DNA of 63,247 nucleotides, the filler included, from Octopus bimaculoides (Eukaryota), in NCBI RefSeq assembly GCF_001194135.2. It is 6 parts of 6 records of this genome, joined end to end, with 100 filler letters (N's around TTAATTAATTAA, not from the genome) between each part and the next. Parts side by side here need not be neighbours in the genome. Positions count along the whole stretch, not along the records: positions 53,667 to 58,760 come from NC_069010.1; positions 58,861 to 63,247 come from NC_069002.1; 4 more parts are not named here. One strand, written 5' to 3'. Of the stretch, positions 55,436 through 63,247 are shown one piece after another. Both the position numbers and the translations under genes were made by a program. The notes under the pieces were generated by a model. That model worked only from the letters and a program-made list of their open reading frames with translations. It did no database searches and was not told the DNA's origin. Every line of letters begins with the position of its first letter. Position 1 is the stretch's first letter.

Positions 55436-55943
55436 NNNNNNNNNNNNNNNNNNNNNNNNNNNNNNNNNNNNNNNNNNNNNNNNNNNNNNNNNNNNNNNNN
55501 NNNNNNNNNNNNNNNNNNNNNNNNNNNNNNNNNNNNNNNNNNNNNNNNNNNNNNNNNNNNNNNNNNNNNNNNNNNNNNNNNNNNNNNNNNNNNNNNNNNN
55601 NNNNNNNNNNNNNNNNNNNNNNNNNNNNNNNNNNNNNNNNNNNNNNNNNNNNNNNNNNNNNNNNNNNNNNNNNNNNNNNNNNNNNNNNNNNNNNNNNNNN
55701 NNNNNNNNNNNNNNNNNNNNNNNNNNNNNNNNNNNNNNNNNNNNNNNNNNNNNNNNNNNNNNNNNNNNNNNNNNNNNNNNNNNNNNNNNNNNNNNNNNNN
55801 NNNNNNNNNNNNNNNNNNNNNNNNNNNNNNNNNNNNNNNNNNNNNNNNNNNNNNNNNNNNNNNNNNNNNNNNNNNNNNNNNNNNNNNNNNNNNNNNNNNN
55901 NNNNNNNNNNNNNNNNNNNNNNNNNNNNNNNNNNNNNNNNNNN

Positions 55944-56300
55944 ATGATGGTGATAGTGTGATGATGGTGGTGGTGTGATGATGGTGGTGGTGTGATGATG
56001 GTGGTGGTGTGATGATAATGGTGGTGGTGGTGGTGGTGTGATGATGGTGGTGGTGTGATGATGGTGGTGGTGTGATGATGGTGGTGTAATGACAGTGGTA
56101 GTGGTGCAATGATAGTGGTAGTTGTGGTGGTGGTGGTGCAATGATGGTGGTGGTGATGTGATGACGGCGGTGGTTGTGCAATGACAGCAGTGGTAATGGA
56201 GGTCGGTGCATTGGTGGTGGTGGTAGTGGCGGTGGTTGTTGCAGTGTTAAAAGTGATATGATAGTCATCACTGCATGCTCACAACAGTGGTGGTGGCCAT
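55944..56300. repeat. Degenerate (GGT/GAT)n trinucleotide tract
   Basis: Directly visible. It produces spurious poly-His/Pro ORFs. Confidence 0.9.
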
Positions 56301-56339
56301 CATAATGGTAGTGGAATAAGGCTGATGGAAGAATGAAAA

Positions 56340-56772
56340 CAAGTGAATGAAAAATGAATGAAAAATGATTGGAAAATAAATAAAAAATAATTGAAAACTG
56401 AATGAAAAACGATTGAAAAATGAATAAAACATTTGAAAAATGAATAAAAAAATTTTTAAATGAATAAAAAATTATTGAAAATGAATGAAAAATTTGAAAA
56501 ATGAAAAAATAACTGAAAAATGATTGAAAAATGATTGAAAAATGAATGAAAATTGAATGAAAAATGATTGGAAAATAAATGAAAAATAATTGAAAAATGA
56601 ATGAAAAACGATTGAAAAATGAATAAAACATTTGAAAAATGAATAAAAAATTTTTTAAATGAATAAAAAATTATTGAAAATGAATGAAAAATTTGAAAAA
56701 TGAAAAAATAACTGAAAAATGATTGAAAAATGATTGAAAAATGAATGAAAAATGAATGAAAAATGATTGAAA
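56340..56772. repeat. TGAAAAA-based minisatellite with a ~199 bp higher-order period
   Basis: gattggaaaataaat occurs at ~56367 and ~56566, and the sequence after each is nearly identical. Confidence 0.85.
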
Positions 56773-57559
56773 ATCTGCTGCCCACTTACGTCCTGGGATT
56801 ATTGGACCTGTTTGGTTTCTTGGAGTTGTGGCGTTCGGGCCACACAAGTTATAACAATCTGCCATGGTAGGGAAACGGTTAGCATTGCCACCACACCCTC
56901 CATACNNNNNNNNNNNNNNNNNNNNNNNNNNNNNNNNNNNNNNNNNNNNNNNNNNNNNNNNNNNNNNNNNNNNNNNNNNNNNNNNNNNNNNNNNNNNNNN
57001 NNNNNNNNNNNNNNNNNNNNNNNNNNNNNNNNNNNNAAAAGACCGATGGAATATGTATCAGACATAAACAATTAAGTAATGGGGTTGATTTGTTTAACTA
57101 AAATTCTTCAAAGCTCTGCTCCAGCATGGCCACAGTCAAATGACTGAAACAAGTAAAAGATAAAAGATATATATATTCTTTTGCTTGTTTCAGTAATTTG
57201 ACTGCAGCCATGCTGGAGCACTGCCTTTTAATTGGACATTTACCCTTCTCCAATTGCTGTATATTGTCTGTATAATGTGTCTTTTGTCAATTTAGTTATA
57301 AAATAAACAGATTAATCAACGGAATACAGTGTCTGCAAGTCGATAGGTAGCGCATATTCCCCTCCATTTTCTTATTGCTATATAAATTTAGGGTTAAAAA
57401 AAACCCTTTTACCTGCACCCACTTATTGCACTTGGTATAACACTAGTGTAACAATAATTGGGTACCCTCCCAGCAGTATATTGGATATATATTATCCCTT
57501 AGTGGGTTGGATCCTCAACCCCTAACTCTCTTGGATTATATATATATATATATATATAA

Positions 57560-57845
57560 TCGTTGCCAGTGCCCCTGGACTGGCTCTTGTGCGGGTGGCA
57601 CATAAAATACACCATTTTGAGCGTGGCCGTTGCCAGTACCGCCTGAACGGCCTTCGTGCGGGTGACAAGTAAAAGCACCCACTACTCTCTCTAAGTGGTT
57701 GGCATTAGGAAGGGCATCCAGCTGTAGAAACTCTGCCAAATCAGATTGGAGCCTGGTGTTGCCATCCGGTTTCACCAGTCCTCAGTCAAATCGTCCAACC
57801 CATGCTAGCATGGAAGGCGGACGTTAAACGATGATGATGATGATG
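57560..57845 (+). mobile_element. RTE-tail non-autonomous element inside the Kunitz-Ig intron
   Basis: Near-identical to 26870-27095 in reverse. Confidence 0.85.
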
Positions 57846-57864
57846 ATGATGATATATATGCATT

Positions 57865-57899
<35 letters not shown>

Positions 57900-58385
57900 A
57901 TATATTATGTTGAATTGTTAATCCCAACCCATTTTTTTTTTCTTTCTCTCTCCATATTTTTTTCCTCTGAATCCCTTATGTTGAAGAGTGTAGGGCTCGA
58001 AACATCAAAGACTTTTCCATTCTTCCTGAGCGCTAAACTAATACACTTGCCTGTTGTATCCTCACTTGTCTCCATCATTTTTTCCCCGTAAATTTGAACT
58101 ACACACACACACACAAGGAGATGGATAATATCTGTAATATCTACAGATATATTCAAATGCTGTATCTGCTGTAAACTGTATAACTGTGCTAACCACTGCA
58201 CCGATGTGACAGTACAGCTTTAACCCTCCAAATTAGCAGGCTTAACATAAAACATTGAGGATTACAGATATCAGTGGGCCAGTCATAGAGGAACTCCATC
58301 CACAAGATATTGTGTGTGTGCACACATGCATGTGTGTGGAAGTGCGTATTTAAATATTCAAATGATGTGCATGAAGCCAACTCAC

Positions 58386-58568
58386 CATTTTTGTTGCAGA
58401 TTGCTTCACACTCGTATTTTGTCGTGAACCTGTTCTTGTTGCCTTCGCAGCCTCCATAGAGAAATTTCCTGCATTGACCAACTGGCATATCATAATGCCA
58501 CGAAGGAATTGCCCCTTTGCACGAGCCGATCTTCTTGGCGAAATGGCATACGTCTTTGGCGGATTCTC
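58386..58568 (-). CDS. Internal exon encoding a complete Kunitz/BPTI serine protease inhibitor domain
   Basis: Acceptor atttcatttcAG, donor G|GTGAGT, 183 nt, phase 1-1. Translation ESAKDVCHFAKKIGSCKGAIPSWHYDMPVGQCRKFLYGGCEGNKNRFTTKYECEAICNKN has all six Kunitz Cys, the FxYGGCxGNxNRF motif and a P1 Lys. Confidence 0.95.
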
Positions 58569-58860
58569 CTGAAATGAAATTTCATGAAATAAAAGTATAG
58601 CCGGCCATGGAATGAGATGATCAATGCAGCTATTTGGACTCTGACCATGCAGCATGGCTGACCGGATGTTTAATCTGTTTTGATGGCAGTATGTTCTGGC
58701 ACTGAGGGGGTAAACACACACAGATACAAACATGTGCATGTGTGCACAGAAATATATATANNNNNNNNNNNNNNNNNNNNNNNNNNNNNNNNNNNNNNNN
58801 NNNNTTAATTAATTAANNNNNNNNNNNNNNNNNNNNNNNNNNNNNNNNNNNNNNNNNNNN

Positions 58861-58901
<41 letters not shown>

Positions 58902-59167
58902 CGACAGAAATTCATACTCTGCCTCAGTCTCCCTAATATCTTGACAATATATTACTGGCTTCCAGGTTATGGTATGAACACTTGCCTATAGTGGCATGCT
59001 CTAATACTGAACTCGAAACCCTGTGGTTGGAAACCGAGCTTCTTACCCGCGCAGATAATCCTATACCGATATTCATATATACATATAAGTACATACACAA
59101 ATTTATATGCACGTACGTTTTTGCGCATGTATATATGCACAGAGATACAAGCATATATCGTTAGAGG

Positions 59168-59230
<63 letters not shown>

Positions 59231-59251
59231 ATAGAGAGAGAGAGAGAGAAT

Positions 59252-59283
<32 letters not shown>

Positions 59284-59625
59284 CATACATTTAATGACCA
59301 TAGCTTATTTGATAAGTTGTGAATATTGAAACTTTAAAGGCGTTATCTGTGGAATAATTTTCTTTCTTTCTTGAACTCAATCAATAATATGAATTCATGT
59401 TTCCTTTCCTAAAGGCCCAATCGATATGCAGCCACATCAATAATGCTTGCGACGACCGTATCCATTCTTTTATACACTCGACTGTATATAATTATATATC
59501 AAATCCTTATAAAATATATTTACCTCATGGTAACTTTATGTAAAGAAGTATTATTCCTTCAATTTAATTAAAATGTCCTCTGGTAGAAATCTCTGCAAAA
59601 ATACACAACTAAATACAAGCACATA

Positions 59626-59668
<43 letters not shown>

Positions 59669-59851
59669 GAAATATGTACACCACAACATGCACACTGCGC
59701 ATATGTACATCTTCACATACACATACGTATACATACATAATTATGCTGGTAGAAAACACGAAATCTTCTAATTGGTAAACTATATTGAATATATGTATGT
59801 ACATGTGTGCATCTTTGTGGTAGTGTATTATGTACACCGGTAGTTAGATTG

Positions 59852-59884
<33 letters not shown>

Positions 59885-60345
59885 NNNNNNNNNNNNNNNN
59901 NNNNNNNNNNNNNNNNNNNNNNNNNNNNNNNNNNNNNNNNNNNNNNNNNNNNNNNNNNNNNNNNNNNNNNNNNNNNNNNNNNNNNNNNNNNNNNNNNNNN
60001 NNNNNNNNNNNNNNNNNNNNNNNNNNNNNNNNNNNNNNNNNNNNNNNNNNNNNNNNNNNNNNNNNNNNNNNNNNNNNNNNNNNNNNNNNNNNNNNNNNNN
60101 NNNNNNNNNNNNNNNNNNNNNNNNNNNNNNNNNNNNNNNNNNNNNNNNNNNNNNNNNNNNNNNNNNNNNNNNNNNNNNNNNNNNNNNNNNNNNNNNNNNN
60201 NNNNNNNNNNNNNNNNNNNNNNNNNNNNNNNNNNNNNNNNNNNNNNNNNNNNNNNNNNNNNNNNNNNNNNNNNNNNNNNNNNNNNNNNNNNNNNNNNNNN
60301 NNNNNNNNNNNNNNNNNNNNNNNNNNNNNNNNNNNNNNNNNNNNN

Positions 60346-60387
<42 letters not shown>

Positions 60388-60861
60388 AGGGCAGACAAGC
60401 AGATATAATGAAATGTGGGGAAAATGTTTCAGATAATAGTGAGAAAGAGTGAGAGAATGGTTGGAATAAAGTGGGATATTTGAACTTTCTGCCGAAATGT
60501 TTATTATTATGTGGACTGTGACCTGTTATCGGGCTCTACAATAGAAATTAATGTTGATCTCTGATTAATGAAGATTATGAACGTAAATATAATAAGCGAA
60601 TCATCCAAAGCTGGATACATTCTTATCTTGTATTTCACGTGTCCAAATATGAAATGCATTGAATTGTATTCGTTTTCTGATCGTAGCATCAAGTTTGACA
60701 TAATTGGTTCTGGCCAATAATGTAAATCTCCACATAGAATTGGTTCCTTATAATTCTAATATTTATTACTAAATGTTGGATCGTTATGTTAAAGGTGATT
60801 TATGAGGCCACATTTAGACATCATTATTTTGTTGATAATATTTTGGTTCGATTCGAGATAT

Positions 60862-60892
<31 letters not shown>

Positions 60893-60974
60893 GGGCGACA
60901 ACGACGATGATGATCATGATCATGATATTTTATCATTCTTATTAAGAAAATATATAAATGAGATTATTCTAATA

Positions 60975-61200
60975 ATTATCGGGGCAGCAAACGGGCAGTA
61001 TCGTTAGATCGTCGGACGACATGTCTACACGAACTTCTTCACTGCGTTCTGAGTTCAAATTCCGTCAGAATTAACTTTGCCTTTCGTCCTTCCCAGATCA
61101 ATAAAATAAAGTAGCAGTCAAGTACTGGAATATGCCATATCGACTAAAATCCTCCTCTCCAAATTGCTGACCTTGAGCCAAGGTTTAAAACCATTATTAT
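60975..61200 (+). mobile_element. tRNA-derived SINE, family 1 (decayed)
   Basis: gcagtatcgttagatcgtcggacg...ctgagttcaaattccg...ctttgcctttcgtcc...ggtttaaaaccattattatt. Confidence 0.65.
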
Positions 61201-61249
61201 TATTAGTTGTAGTAGTAGTATTACATCCTTCATCATTGTTAGTATTTAC

Positions 61250-61364
61250 TTCTCACAACGCTTCAAAGAGCAACGTGGATATGACATGCCCATTATCACG
61301 TTGTGCCGAAGCGAACTTTTCTTACAGTGATAACAATAATATTGCCGAATATCCCTTGTAAGAT
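61250..61364 (-). CDS. Putative Cys-rich exon, possibly upstream in the Kunitz-Ig gene
   Basis: Acceptor acctcgcAG, donor AA|GTAAAT, 115 nt, open in phase 1-2. Translation (D)LTRDIRQYYCYHCKKSSLRHNVIMGMSYPRCSLKRCE has CYxC and four Cys, in non-repeat sequence. The phase 2-1 linking exon was not found. Confidence 0.4.
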
Positions 61365-61499
61365 CTGCGAGGTACATTTAGAACTGGAACTTGGGAAGAC
61401 GATTAATCTATTATTCAAGGAACTAGTCGTAATATCGATTTCACGTCTCCTTTCCTCAGTGAAATTATTATTATGAAATTATTTATATTATTTTAAATA

Positions 61500-61787
61500 A
61501 GGATTTTTTGGAACTCTGTGACCTTTTCTGGCGTGTGTTTATACCATCTTTTTTTCTGTTTTTATACCATAGTGTTGGCATAGCTTCCAGTGTATATAGG
61601 TCCCAGCTCTGTCGTGTCTGTGAATATATTCCTTCTTAGCCAGGACTGGACAGCCAGAGATAATATGATTTATTGTTTCTTGTCGATCTCCACATATTCT
61701 ACAGTTACTTGTTATATTTCTTTTCATTATGTGTTTTTGGAAATTTCTGGTGAGGAGGCTCTGGTCTTGTGCAGCAATTAAAAATCC

Positions 61788-61788
<1 letters not shown>
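61500..61788 (-). mobile_element. R4/NeSL-type LINE fragment (CCHC knuckle region before the RLE endonuclease)
   Basis: GFLIAAQDQSLLTRNFQKHIMKRNITSNCRICGDRQETINHIISGCPVLAKKEYIHRHDRAGTYIHWKLCQHYGI matches the AAQDQxL / CRxCxxxxETxxHIxSGC / RHD signature. Confidence 0.9.
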
Positions 61789-61868
<80 letters not shown>

Positions 61869-61894
61869 CATTATTATTATTATCATTATTATTA

Positions 61895-61957
<63 letters not shown>

Positions 61958-62567
61958 AATATCATTATTATTATTATTATTATTATTAATATTNNNNNNN
62001 NNNNNNNNNNNNNNNNNNNNNNNNNNNNNNNNNNNNNNNNNNNNNNNNNNNNNNNNNNNNNNNNNNNNNNNNNNNNNNNNNNNNNNNNNNNNNNNNNNNN
62101 NNNNNNNNNNNNNNNNNNNNNNNNNNNNNNNNNNNNNNNNNNNNNNNNNNNNNNNNNNNNNNNNNNNNNNNNNNNNNNNNNNNNNNNNNNNNNNNNNNNN
62201 NNNNNNNNNNNNNNNNNNNNNNNNNNNNNNNNNNNNNNNNNNNNNNNNNNNNNNNNNNNNNNNNNNNNNNNNNNNNNNNNNNNNNNNNNNNNNNNNNNNN
62301 NNNNNNNNNNNNNNNNNNNNNNNNNNNNNNNNNNNNNNNNNNNNNNNNNNNNNNNNNNNNNNNNNNNNNNNNNNNNNNNNNNNNNNNNNNNNNNNNNNNN
62401 NNNNNNNNNNNNNNNNNNNNNNNNNNNNNNNNNNNNNNNNNNNNNNNNNNNNNNNNNNNNNNNNNNNNNNNNNNNNNNNNNNNNNNNNNNNNNNNNNNNN
62501 NNNNNNNNNNNNNNNNNNNNNNNNNNNNNNNNNNNNNNNNNNNNNNNNNNNNNNNNNNTATATATAT

Positions 62568-62973
62568 AAATTAAAATTAAGCAGAAAATGGCGAAATATT
62601 GATGAAAAACAATTCACTAACATCAATTATTACGTTATAATACAAATAGACTGTATCCCATCTAACAGCTATTTCTTCTTCCAATGTTCTACGGTATGGC
62701 CATGGAAAATTCTGAAAATAATATTCATCATATTTGGTAACACATCCGATGTGGAACATGGAGCTTCGTCAAAAGAAACATACAGAGAAGAAACATACAT
62801 AGTGAAACTCCAGAACAAATGTGTTACCAAATATGATGAATATTATTTTCAGAACATTGGAAGCAGAAACAGCTGTTAGATGCGACACAGTCTATCTTTA
62901 TTATAAAGTAATGATTGATGTTATTCAGTTTTTGTCGATCAATATTTCTTCATATTCTGCTTAATTAAAATTT
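62568..62973. repeat. Inverted duplication with ~155-180 bp arms and a ~73 bp spacer
   Basis: atgtgttaccaaatatgatgaatattattttcagaa is present on both strands and homology extends to ...ttctgcttaatt. The left arm carries a ~22 bp extra segment. Confidence 0.85.
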
Positions 62974-63247
62974 GATTCCTGATAAACTCATGATCATCTT
63001 TATCATTGCCTGTAACCTATGAGCATAATATACTTGCATATGTATGTCCAGGGCTAACATATGTAATTATATGTTATTATATGTTATATGTTTATACCTT
63101 AGACAGTTATTCCAACATCTAACTCTACTAACACTGAAATATTGAATACAAGGCAAGTCTACAATAAATTTTCTTGTGATTTACCTTGCATTTACTTCGA
63201 ATTGTTTTGGCCACACCAACGATATTTTATACTATATATATATATAT

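Noticed and set aside
54702-58568. Assigning the symbol papilin (Ppn/PAPLN)
   Set aside because: Only one Kunitz and one atypical Ig domain are visible, and the diagnostic papilin domains are not seen.

Overview
AT-rich, repeat-dense eukaryotic genomic DNA from a gapped short-read scaffold (about 6.5 kb of N). The SINE families, RTE tails and microsatellite load suggest a coleoid cephalopod, most likely Octopus; this is inferred from repeat types, not from a search. Most ORFs in the supplied track are translations of microsatellites or N gaps. The only well-supported host gene is spliced and on the minus strand: a Kunitz/BPTI exon (58386-58568) joins in frame to two exons that encode one Ig-like domain (55327-55435, 54702-54853). 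A possible Cys-rich upstream exon lies at 61250-61364. The rest is decayed mobile DNA: Penelope-like elements (one with an inverted copy of its 3' end), RTE LINEs and their non-autonomous tails, R4/NeSL-like LINE relics, mariner, Tc1 and DD41D transposase relics, MITEs/foldbacks and tRNA-derived SINEs. A repeat carrying a minimal hammerhead-ribozyme-like motif occurs twice. There are no prokaryotic features, CRISPR arrays, rRNA genes or intact tRNA genes. I could not establish a clearly new biological system. The best leads are the Kunitz-Ig gene with its possible Cys-rich module and the variant minimal hammerhead repeat.
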